Origin: Squalus acanthias
Lineage: Eukaryota
DNA length: 64,000 nt
Direction of reading: 5' to 3'
NCBI GenBank assembly: GCA_030390025.1
Contig: JASTWF010000033.1
Coordinates: 5,520,001-5,584,000 of the forward strand
A program made the translations under genes and the position numbers. A model generated the notes under the pieces. That model had not been told where the DNA came from. It made no database searches and saw only the letters and a list, made by a program, of their open reading frames with translations. Shown here in pieces: positions 25,986-36,784 of the stretch (the first letter of the stretch is position 1; every line of letters starts with the position of its first letter).

Positions 25986-26930
25986 GTGTCAGTAGGGGAG
26001 GATCTGCTGATGGAAACTCAAACAAAATATCGCCTCAAGATCTGAGAGATTGACCAGTTTCATCAGGACCTAAATATCATCGGCCTTTGGATATAGAAGG
26101 AAAAGCACCAATCACAGCGGGAGAAACAGGACACGTGTTCTGTGTATTTTTTAAAATTTGTTTATGGGATGTGGGCACCGCTGGCAAGGCCAATATTTAT
26201 TGCCCATCCCTAATTGCCGTTGAGAAGGTAGTGGTGGAAGATGTCGTGGGTTTGGGAGGTGCTGCCGAAGAAGCCTTGGCGAGTTGCTGTAGTGCATCTT
26301 GTAAATGGTACATACTGCAGCCACGGTGCGCCGGTGGTGGAAGGAGTGAGTGTTTAAGGTGGTGGATGGGGTGCCAATCAAGTGGGCTGCTTTGTCCTGG
26401 ATGGTGTTGAGCTTCTCGAGTGTTGTTGGAGCTGCACTCATCCAGGCAAGTGGAGAGTATTCCATCACACTCCTTACTTATGCCTTGTAGATGGTGGAAA
26501 GGCGTTGGGGAGTCAGGAGGTGAGACACTCACCGCAGAATACCTAGCCTCTGACCTGCTCTTGTTGCCACAGTATTTATGTGGCTGGTCCAGTTAAGTTT
26601 CTGGTCAATGGTGGCCCCCAGGATGTTGATGGTGGGGTATTCGGTGATGGCAATGCCGTTGAATGTTGGGTGGTGGTTCGACTCTCGCTTGTTGGAGATA
26701 GTCATTGCCTGGCACTTGAGTGGCACGAACCCACCTTCAGCCAATCATCTAGCCTGTGAGACTCGTGCGCCCACCTGAATTAACAGTGTAAATGTGGGGA
26801 CTGTGGGAATGAATGGAGTTGACCGTCTAAGGTGGAAACTCATGGATACAGTCACACCAGGGAGAGGCCGTTCACCAGCTAAGTGTGGAAAGAGATTCAC
26901 TCACTCATCTCGCCTATTAGCACACGAACA
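25986..26930 (+). pseudogene. ZNF-c degraded exon interrupted by a LINE fragment
   Basis: TTTCAG acceptor followed by the shared ZNF leader (GGGGAGGATCTGC..GGAAACTCAAAC), degraded fingers at 26780-26930; paralog 60100-61545 (-). Confidence 0.7.
26150..26720 (-). mobile_element. Non-LTR retrotransposon 3' fragment (second LINE family)
   Basis: RT C-terminal peptide MEYSPLAWMSAAPTTL..HRRTVAAVCTIYKMH; longer paralog 60615-61375 (+); related pieces at 22545-23300 and 47430-47745. Confidence 0.75.
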
Positions 26931-27919
26931 CTGAATAAAGGAAATAAAATGCTGAAAAATAATTGGTGAAGATAATTTATGTCTGTGGAATGCACGAGCA
27001 CACATTAAGAATGATGTGTTTTGTTTACACACTCACACATATAACAAACACTTTGTGTGAGCTCTTTTCAGTTCTGCTTAACCCGGTGGTTTTCTGATTT
27101 TGGGCTTTAGGACCCTGCGGCAGCCCATCCGGCGGGGCCCGCTGGGTCAGGCTATGAAGAGACTGCGCGCTGTTCCTCCTCCCACTGCCTGGGGGAATGG
27201 GCCAGATATTTAAAGGGCCAGGGACTCCCCTTTCTCTGTCTATTTATAGTTAAAGGGACAGACCCGTTTATCTTGGAGTGTCGGCAGACTTCAGTAACAG
27301 AGCTCCCATTAACAGTCGCTCCCTCCTGTACTGTGCAGTGATTGTAAACCTGTCTGTTTCAGTGACTTGAGCCTTTCTAAAATGTCTCTGTTTTTGACGA
27401 TCCATTTGACTTGCTTGGTTAATTTGGAAAGACTTCAGAATTTTGCAGTGTGACGAAGGTTTCATTTAAAGGTGGAGTGATATTTATTTTTAAATATTCT
27501 GTTCTCCCCCCCACCCCCCGCCCCTGCTTTAAAACACTCTGCACTACTGACTGGGAAGATCACAAATTCAATCCTTGATCTGGGCTGTTAGTTGATCTCT
27601 GGCAAGGCAGCAGATCAGGGGCCATAATTGGCCTCAGTACCACTGGGCTAAGTGTAAAAATCAGCCACTGCCCCTGCTCTTGATGGCGATCCAGTGACCT
27701 GAACTGGGAAGTATATGGATGTTAATTGAGGACACGATTGGACTCGGCTGTGATGCCTACCACAGTGGAAATGCTGCTGACACTCACTGAGTCGGCTGAC
27801 GGTGAGGCACTCGAGATTAACTAATGTCTGTGGAATTGCACCTAGCCAGATTCAGAAACTTCTGGAGAGAAGGGGAGAAACAAAATCCCAGATGGTGGAA
27901 TTAATGTTTTTAGACAGTA

Positions 27920-28385
27920 GGAATGGATTCAGTTGCCCGTCTGAGGTGCAAACTCATGGATACAGTCACACCGGGGAGAGGCCGTGCACCAGCTGAGTGT
28001 GGAAAGAGATTCACTCACTCATCTCGCCTATTAGCACACGGACATGTTCGTAATGGGGAGAATCCGTTCACTGCTCTGTATGTGGAAAGGGATTCAATCA
28101 ATCATCCCATTTACTGACACACCAGCACAGTCACACCGGAGAGAGACCGTTTAGATACTTCACGTGTGGGAAGGGATTCACTCCGTTGTCCCACCTGTTG
28201 ACACTCCAGAGTGTCCACATTGAGAACAGTTGCTTTGAATACTCTGACTGCGAGAAAAGCTTTCAAAGTTCAAAGCAGCTGATGCACGATCAGCGCATTG
28301 ATACTGGAGAGAGGCTGTTTCAATATCCTGTGTGTGGGAAGAAATTCACCCCACCTGCTGAGACTCCAGTGAGTTCAAATGTGAC
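27920..28385 (+). pseudogene. ZNF-c degraded C2H2 array (internal re-duplication)
   Basis: Frameshifted fingers (SHTGERP, CGKRFTHSS, DCEKSFQSSKQL); paralog of 60100-60530 (-). Confidence 0.75.
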
Positions 28386-28529
28386 TGCAGGGGTTTGGAT
28401 TCTGTTATTAATCACATCCAGGACTGAACCATGGCAGAGTGCCCGTGCACTTGGGTTTCTGTGTGAATTATTGATGAATTTTCTCTCAAGGGGGGTCACA
28501 GAAACTCATTCTCCATTCACTAATTGGGG

Positions 28530-29100
28530 CTTTCAATATTCCCCAGCATGCCCCGCGGGGGAGAATGTGCCCCATTCACTCAGGAGGAGCGCGGTACGCA
28601 GGCGCAGTGTCCGCCTGTATTTGGAGCATGCGCAGTGTCAGTGTGATCAGAGCCGGGCGAGTGCTGGGAGCGGACCGCGTTGGGAGACGCGGTTTTTGCG
28701 CGGATTACGAATCAGGGGGCGGAGGGAGGTAACGCATCCGGCGGATGAGCTTCATAAACACCTGGTGCAGGCCGCAAGCCCCGAATGAGAACCTACAGGT
28801 TCCGCGTTTGCAGCTCCGGGGCTTTTTCCCGGTAACAGGCCCAGGCTAAGGGCGGCCATCTTTGTAAAGGAAATGACGTGGAGATGCCGGCGTTGGATTG
28901 GGGTGGACAAAAATGAGAAGTCGCACAACACCAGGTTATAGTCCAACTATTAAAAGTAAAATTAAATAAATCTGTTGGACTATAACCTGGTGTTGTGCGA
29001 CTTCTCATTTTTGTAAAGGAAAGCATTGTCTTTGTTCGACGCCATCTTGATTCGGATGGCCATCTTTGTGAAGGACCCAAACGTGGGCAGGGCTTCAGGG
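28530..29100 (+). promoter_or_regulatory. CpG-rich promoter of ZNF-b copy 1, homologous to the ZNF-a promoter
   Basis: GCATGCGCA (about 28626), repeated GCCATCTT YY1-type motifs (about 28855, 29041, 29058); similar to 1700-2110. Confidence 0.55.
28874..29014. mobile_element. Penelope-like terminal remnant forming a perfect 41-bp inverted repeat
   Basis: Arms 28907-28947 and 28974-29014; flanking duplicate TTTGTAAAGGAAA (28861-28873 and 29010-29022); absent from the paralog at about 59665. Family assignment is from recalled Penelope pseudo-LTR ends. Confidence 0.6.
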
Positions 29101-29119
29101 TCCCCTTGAGTGTGGGAGT

Positions 29120-29430
29120 GACCCAGCCAGAGTCAGCACCTTCAGGGGAGGAGAGGAAGGGGAAGCAGTGAGTGTAGAACTGAACCCAGCCAGAGTCAGC
29201 ACCTTCAGGGGAGGAGAGGGAGGGGAACCAGTGAGTGTAGAACTGAACCCAGCCAGAGTCAGCACCTTCAGGGGAGGAGAGGGAGGGGTACCAGTGAGTG
29301 TAGAACTGAACCCAGCCAGAGTCAGCACCTTCAGGGGAGGAGAGGGAGGGGAACCAGTGAGTGTAGAACTGGACCCAATCAGAGTCAGCACCTTTGGGGG
29401 AGGAGAACGAGTGAGTGTAGAACTGTTCAT
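29120..29430. repeat. 63-bp minisatellite, about 5 copies, between the ZNF-b promoter and coding exon
   Basis: Unit CCCAGCCAGAGTCAGCACCTTCAGGGGAGGAGAGGGAGGGGAACCAGTGAGTGTAGAACTGAA; about 2 copies at 59420-59560. Confidence 0.9.
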
Positions 29431-29630
29431 ACTGAAAACTGGGAGCGGAGGACAAACTATCTTGAGACGTGTTTGGATTTTAGCACAGGGAGGAGGGACA
29501 ATATGTGGGACGGGGATTTACAGCTTTGGAGGAAGAAGAGAGGAAAGAATGTTCGATAGAAACTAAAATTGTCTGTTCTGAATTTCTGTCCTGTACTTAC
29601 AGTGATGAATTTTGTAAACTCCTTTTACAG

Positions 29631-30435
29631 GGTATTAGAAGGGGAGGATTTGCAGATGGGAAACTCAAACCAAACATCACGTCAAAATCTGACAGAATCA
29701 CTCGTTTACTCAGGACCTGAATATCATCGGCCTTTGAATGTGGAAGGAGAAATGTTTGTCTGTTCTGTCTGTGGGAAAAGATTTCAAACATCAGTGTGAC
29801 TGGAAAAGCACCGAGACACACACACCCGAGTGAGGGTGTTCCAGTGCACTGACTGTGGAAAGAGCTTTAACCAGTTACACAGCCTGAAAAAACATCGCAC
29901 CATTCACAGCGGGGAGAAACTGTACACGTGTTCTGTGTGTGGACAAGGCTTCAACTGATCGTCCAACCTGGAGAGACACGATGATATCCGCACCATGGAG
30001 AAACCGTGGAAATGTGAGGACTGTGGGAAGGGATTCAATTAGTCGTCTGAGCTGGAAAGTCATCGTCGCAGTCACACTGGGGAGAGGCCGTTCACCTGCT
30101 CTGAGTGTGGGAAGGGATTCACTCAGTCATCTGACCTGCTGATACACCAGCAAGTTCACATTGGGGAGAGGCCGTTCACCTGGTCTGAGTGTGGGAGGGG
30201 ATTCACTCGATCATCCGACCTGCTGAGACTTCAACGAGTTCACACTGGGGCGAGACCATTCACCTGCTCCGTGTGTGGGAAGAGATTCACTCAGTCATCC
30301 AGCCTGCTGACACACCAGCGAGTTCACACTGGGGAGAGGCCGTTCACCTGGTCTGAGTGTGGGAAGGGATTCACTCGGTCATCCGACCAGCTGAGACTTC
30401 AACGAGTTCACACTGGAGAGAGACCGTTCAAGTGA
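29631..30435 (+). pseudogene. ZNF-b copy 1: 8 C2H2 units with three stops
   Basis: TTTTACAG acceptor at 29630; TGA 29797, TGA 29956, TAG 30040; Cys-to-Trp and His-to-Leu ligand losses. Confidence 0.9.
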
Positions 30436-30633
30436 CTGCAGGGGTTGGATTCTGCTGTTATTGCTGCTGTTAATTACATCCCGGACTGAATCGTCTTCAT
30501 TCTGACAGGTGGAGTTTCTTCCTGCTGATGTTAATAACCCTATAACTGGGCTGGAGTATAATATTTTGATATTTCAAGTAACAGTGAGTTGATATATGAT
30601 GTCTCCAAGATAAGAGGAGACTAATTGATGTCC

Positions 30634-31740
30634 TGTTACCGATTGCTCCATTTTTGGGCCTTTTCTCCTTTCTAACTCGAGATTATTTCAGTTCTCGTAC
30701 TGTCGGTTACTCTCATGGACAAGTCCCAGCTCCCCAGACCTTCCAGAGTGCCTTCCCTAGCCTTGGTATCCAGGGAAGGTCTCGGTAACACGCCCAGGAT
30801 CACTAAACACAAAACCCAGTCTGTTAATCACTTTCAGCTATTGGACTTAGCGTGTGTCCCACAGCATCTCTCTCACCTTCGATGTGTGAATAGAGCATCA
30901 CGCCTGCAAACCTGCTTTCAATTTAAATTTGAATCCACTCAGCAAGTGTATTTAAAACAACACGTACAAGTAAACAGATCACATCAAATAATTGGCAAAG
31001 GTTTAGAGTCAACAAGATGAACAAGTGAACACATCACGGCCCAATACCCCAGCTCTATATTCACAGGAGAAAGTTTGTTATCTAACTCCTCGAGTGGACA
31101 GAATAGAGAAAGATCCCAACTCTAAGAACATCTAGAATCTGTTGTAAATATCTTTCAAATCCTGACTGGTCCAATCTGTCAGTTTCCTTTCAATTGAAGT
31201 GAATGGAAGATGAGAGGGGTGTTGGCATATGGACTTCGGTTAATTCAGCTTCTGAAAGGTGTTCATGTTTAGTTCATTCGATATCGGGGGAAATGTGGTT
31301 GGTATCATTAGAGAGAGAGACAGAGATTTCACTGAGCAACAGCTGGTGTTTGCAACCAACTGGCCTTGGATATTTTCATCACAGAATGTTTCGATCAGAA
31401 ATATGATGTTGGGATAAGGAAAGTCTGGATACTAGTGGTTTTTTGCTGCCCCAGGAAGGCCACAGTGTTTTTACCTGCTTCTAACGTTGTTGGTGTGTGT
31501 TGAAGAAAATGCAGACTTGTGTCTCTGGACTGTGCAGTAGCCAGAGACGACCATATTAGGCAATGCCAGCTCCAGTTTGATAAGAGGTTGATGGCAGAGC
31601 AAGAGATCCAGCAGTTTTAAGAATTTATCTCCCGTTATCTGCAGACATCGAATTTCGCAGCATGCTGACAAAATTGGACTTAAGACTTTATCCTATTGGT
31701 TTAAATTATTGGGATCGATTGTTATAGAATTGAATTGTTA
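30634..31740 (-). mobile_element. Possible solo-LTR-like element
   Basis: Begins TGTTAC on + (GTAACA end on -); paralog about 57300-58399; no coding motifs; far boundary uncertain. Confidence 0.3.
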
Positions 31741-31749
31741 TAGAATGGA

Positions 31750-32360
31750 AAAGTAGTGAAGTTCTGCTAAACTTGTATCGAACCTTGTTTAGACCACACT
31801 TGGAGCACTGCGTACAATTCTGGTCACCATATTATAAAAAGGATATAGAGGCACTGGAGAGGGTGCAGAGAAGATTTACAAGGATGCTACCAGAAATGAG
31901 AGGGTAAACCTGTCAGGAAAGGATGGACAGGCTGGGTCTCTTTTCTCTTGAAAAAAGAAGGCTGAGGGGTGACCTAATAGAGGTCTTTAAAATGATGAAA
32001 GTTTTTGATAGAGTAGATACAGAGAGAGTGTTTCCACTTGTGGGGAAGAGCATAACTAGAGGCCATCAATATAAGATAGTCACCATGAAATCCAATAGGG
32101 AATTCAGGAGAAACTTCTTTACCCAGAGAGTGGTGAGAATGTGGAACTCGCTACCACAGGGAGTGGTTGAAGCGAATAGTATAGATACATTTAAGGGAAG
32201 GCTAGACAAGCATATGAGGGAGAAGGGAATAGAGGGTTATGCTGATAGAGTTAGATGGGGAAAGACTGGAGGAGGCTCGAGTGGAGCATAAACGCCGGCA
32301 TGGACTGGTTGGGCCGAATGGCCTGTTTCTGTGCCGTATATCCTGTGTAATCCTGTGTAG
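31750..32360 (+). mobile_element. CR1 3' fragment
   Basis: LYRTLFRPHLE..FFTQRVVRMWNSLP; tail ATCCTGTGTA x2; inverted paralog 56680-57285. Confidence 0.9.
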
Positions 32361-32694
32361 TCACAGCAAACAGACAGTTTAACAGACTGCCCATGGTCCA
32401 CTCTAACCCCCACCTTCTCTCTCTCTCACTATTCATGGACACTGCTGCAGTAATTGCTCCTCTGACCTTTCCTCTCTTGTCCCTCCTACACCCCTAATAC
32501 ACGGCCCGACACAATCTCCCTCCCCCTACATCCTCACTGTGCTGGAATCCACACCAGTCTCCCCATCTGCTCCTTGTTCTCTCCCTGGATCCGAAAACTA
32601 CTGAACTCAGTCTTCCCTCCTGAAGTCTACAGGCTCGAAAACTGAAGCTTGGTGTCCCTCAGTCCCCACTCCTCCCCTTCTCTCCTCCTCTTTT

Positions 32695-33430
32695 CCCCCG
32701 GGGTGTGTCCACACTCTGGGCCTTGGGCCTTGCCCGGGGATTCTCAGTATGAACAGGTGGGGTGTGTTTTGAGACAGGGTGTCCCCGCTCTCCTCCTCTC
32801 TCCCCGGGGTGTGTCCACATTCTGGGCCTTGGGCCTTGCCCGGGGATTCTCAGTATAAACAGGTGGGGTGTGTTTTGAGACAGGGTGTCCCCGCTCTCCT
32901 CCTCTCTCCCCGGGGTGTGTCCACATTCTGGGCCTTGGGCCTTGCCCGGGGATTCTCAGTATGAACAGGTGAGGTGTGTTTTGAGACAGGTTGTCCCCTT
33001 CTCTCCTCTTTTCCCCTTGGTTGTGTTCCACACTCTGGGCCTTGGGCTTGCCCGGGGATTCTCAGTATGAACAGATGGGTTGTGTTTTGAGACAGGGTGT
33101 CCCCGCTCTCCTCCTCTCTCCCCGGGGTGTGTCCACATTCTGGGCCTTGGGCCTTGCCCGGGGATTCTCAGTATAAACAGGTGGGGTGTGTTTTGAGACA
33201 GGGTGTCCCCGCTCTCCTCCTCTCTCCCCGGGGTGTGTCCACATTCTGGGCCTTGGGCCTTGCCCGGGGATTCTCAGTATGAACAGGTGAGGTGTGTTTT
33301 GAGACAGGTTGTCCCCTTCTCTCCTCTTTTCCCCTTGGTTGTGTTCCACACTCTGGGCCTTGGGCTTGCCCGGGGATTCTCAGTATGAACAGATGGGTTG
33401 TGTTTTGAGACAGGGTGTCCCCGCTCTCCA
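32695..33430. repeat. 106-bp minisatellite, about 7 copies with a 3-unit (318-bp) higher-order repeat
   Basis: The variant unit (GGTTGTCCCCTTCTCTCCTCTTTTCCCCTTGG) recurs at about 32990 and 33308; about 3 copies at 56030-56355 (-). Confidence 0.9.
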
Positions 33431-33540
33431 CCTTTAAAGGGACAAGGAGACGACCAGCTGGGCTGAATGGCCCTGCTTTATGACATCACTGCAGTGCCTA
33501 GCAACCAACCTCCCTGAGCCCTGCTCATTATGGGCTGGCA

Positions 33541-34100
33541 GTGTTTGATGGGACAGTGTCGAGGGAGCTTTACTCTGTATCTAACCCATGCTGTACCTGC
33601 CCTGGGAGTGTTTGATGGGACAGTGTAGAGGGAGCTTTACTCGGTATCTAACCCGTGCTGTACCTGCCCTGGGAGTGTTTGATGGGACAGTGTAGAGGGA
33701 GCTTTACTCTGTATCTAACCTGTCCTGTACCTGCCCTGGGAGTGTTTGATGGGACAGTGCAGGGGGAGCTTTACTCTGTCTCTAACCCGTGCTGTACCTG
33801 CCCTGGGAGAGTTTGATGGGACAGTGTAGAGGGTGCTTTACTCTGTATCTAACCCGTGCTGTACCGGCCCTGAGAGTGTTTAATGGGACAGTGTAGAGGG
33901 AGCTTTACTCTGTATCTAACCCGTGCTGTACCTGCCCTGGGTGTGTTAGATGGGACAGTGTAGAGGGAGCTTTACTCTGTATTTAACCTGTGCTGTGCCT
34001 GCCCTGGGAGTGTTTGATGGGACAGTGTGGAGGGAGCTTTACTCTGTATCTAACCTATGCTGTACCTATCCGAGGACTGTTTGATGGGAAAGTTTAGAGG
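33541..34100. repeat. 67-bp minisatellite, about 8 copies
   Basis: Unit GTGTTTGATGGGACAGTGTAGAGGGAGCTTTACTCTGTATCTAACCCGTGCTGTACCTGCCCTGGGA. Confidence 0.95.
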
Positions 34101-34402
34101 GGCCTTTATTAACCTCATGTAGGTCCAGGTACAGTTACATTTTTACCATCACTTGCACCAAGTATCACCCACTGGAGGTTTATATCAGGAGCTTCTGTGT
34201 GATGGTGAGGTGATCACTGGACAATGAAGTGCAGAGACTGGTGGGTGGCTGCTCATTATCCTCGGTGTGATTTAATCCCCTTTCCCACTGAATACTGCGG
34301 ACAGACAGGATCACCTTGGGAACGGAATGGTTATTGTGACATCACTTTCTAAACAAGAGCCCACAAGACAATGGGTTCTCAATAAATGTTAAAGGTATTC
34401 AA

Positions 34403-36072
34403 AGGCAAATGGTATATTGGCCTTCATGGCGAGATGATTCGAGTACAGGAGCAAGGATGTTTTGCTGCAGTTGTACAGGGCCTTGGTGAGACCACACCTT
34501 GAGTATTGTGTGCCGTTTTGGTCGCCTTATCTGAGGAAGGATGTTCTTGCCATGGAGGGAGTGCAGCGAAGATTCACCAGACTGATACCTGGGATGGCAG
34601 GAATGACGTATGAGGAGAGATTGGGTCGATTGGGCTTGTATTCGCTGGAGTTTAGAAGAATGAGAGGGGATCTCATTGAAACTTATAAAATTCTAACAGG
34701 ACTAGACAGACTAGATGCAGGAAGGATGTTCCCGATGGCCGGGGAGTCCAGAACCAGGGCTCACAGTCCAAGGATAAGGGGTACGCCATTTAGGACTGAC
34801 ATGAGGAGGAATTTCTTCACCCAGAGAGTGTTGAACCTGTGGAATTCTCTACCACAGAAGGCAGTTGAGGCCAATTCATTAAATATATTCAAGAAGGAGT
34901 TAGATATATTTCTTAAGGCTAAAGGGATCAAGGGATATGGGGAGAAAGCAGGGACAGGGTACTGAATTTGGATGATCAGCCATGAAACATAGAAGATAGG
35001 AGCAGGAGTAGGCCATTCGGCCCCTCTAGCCTGCTCCGCCATTCAATGCGATCATGGCTGATCATCCAAACTCAGTACCCTGTCCCTGCTTTCTCCCCAT
35101 ATCCCTTGATCCCTTTGGCCTTAAGAAATATATCCAACTCCTTCTTTAATATATTTAATGAATTGGCCTCTACTGCCTTCTGTGGTGGAGAATGCCACAG
35201 GTTCACCACTCTCTGGGTGAAGAAATTCCTCCTCATTTCTGTCCTAAATGGCTTACCCCTTATCCTTCGACTGTGACCCCTGGTTCTGGACTCCCTGACC
35301 ATCGGGAACATCCTTCCTGCATCTAGTCTGTCCAGTCCTGTCAGAATTTTATAAGTTTCAATGAGATCCCCTCTCATTCTTCTAAACTCCAGCGAGTATA
35401 AGCCCAATCGACCCAATCTCTCTTCATACGTCATTCCTGCCATCCCAGGTATCAGTCTGGTGAATCTTCGCTGCACTCCCTCCATGGCAAGAACATCCTT
35501 CCTCAGATAAGGTGACCAAAACTGCACACAATACTCAAGGAGCGGTCTCACCAAGGCCCTGCACAACTGCAGCAAGACATCCTTGCTCCTGTACTCGAAT
35601 GCTCTCGCTATGAAGGCAAACATAACATTTGCCTTCTTTACCGCCTGCTGCACCTACATGCTTACCTTCAGCGACTGGTGCACAAGGACACCCAGGTTTC
35701 GTTGCACATCCCCTTCTCCCAATCTATTGCCATTCAGATAATAATCTGTTTTTGACACCAAAGTGGATAACCTCGCATTTATCCATGTTATATTGCATCT
35801 GCTATGCTTCTGCCCAATCACCCAACCTGTCCAAATCATCCTGGAGTTTCTCGGCATCCTCCTCACAGCACACACGCCCACCCAGCTTTGTGTTGTCTGC
35901 AAACTTGGAGATATTACATCTAGTTCCCTTGTCTAGATCATTAATATATATTGTGAATAGCTGGGGACCAAGGACTGATCCCTGCGGTACCCCACATGAA
36001 CTCATTAAATGTCGGAGCAGGCTCGAGGGAGCGAATGGCCTATTCCTGCTCCTATCTTCTATGTTGCTATGT
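34403..36072 (+). mobile_element. CR1 3' fragment with a second same-family CR1 (34987-35994, -) inserted in its 3' UTR
   Basis: Outer duplicate TTCAA (34398-34402 and 36073-36077; empty site at about 19463); inner duplicate CATGAA (34981-34986 and 35995-36000). Confidence 0.9.
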
Positions 36073-36784
36073 TTCAACGCTCTGAAGTTACACTGTGAAT
36101 AAAGGAAATAAAGTGCTGATCAATAATGGCTGAAGATAATGATTTCTCTCTGTGGAATGTGCTTGCACACATTAAGAATGATGAGCTTTGTACATACACA
36201 CACAGCAAACACTTTGTGAGGCTCTTTTCAGTTGTTGCTCTGAATCCGCTGAGAGCTCATGCACCCGGTGGGCATTAGGTCCCTGCGGCCGCCCATCCGG
36301 CGGTGCTGTGAGGTCACGGTTCCAGGCTCTGTCTCACACAATCAGTGGGTCCCGCCAAAGCTCAATAGAAAATACTGCAGCAAAAACAATCCTGAACATT
36401 CACAAACTGGGAGCAATCGGCACAGCACAACACAAGTGGGAATTAGTAAACTTTAACACACAGAGTCTGTCACTAATTAGTACAAAGTGCAGGGCACTAT
36501 TGCTCACCTTCAGTCCTGTCCCTCAATCCCAGCTCATCTCTGGGGGATTGTTGCAAGGTTCACCCCGTCCTTTCAACACAGATATTACCCACATAATCCC
36601 ACATCAATTAGATATTGCACACAGCTTCTGACAGTTATTAACAAGACGAGACCGATGCTTCAAAGCAAAAAATGATTGCATCCTTCCACCCACTCAAATA
36701 TAATGTCTTTATTTATATTAATTAATTTCTGTCTGTCTGTCTTTGTGTGTGTGGGAGTGAGTGCAGTAATAACACAGACATAGT

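Noticed and set aside
27110..27150. HDV-like or hammerhead ribozyme
   Set aside because: Only a simple hairpin; no nested pseudoknot or CUGAUGA/GAAA core found by eye
32695..34100. CRISPR-like repeat arrays
   Set aside because: Head-to-tail tandem units without unique spacers, no cas genes, eukaryotic context
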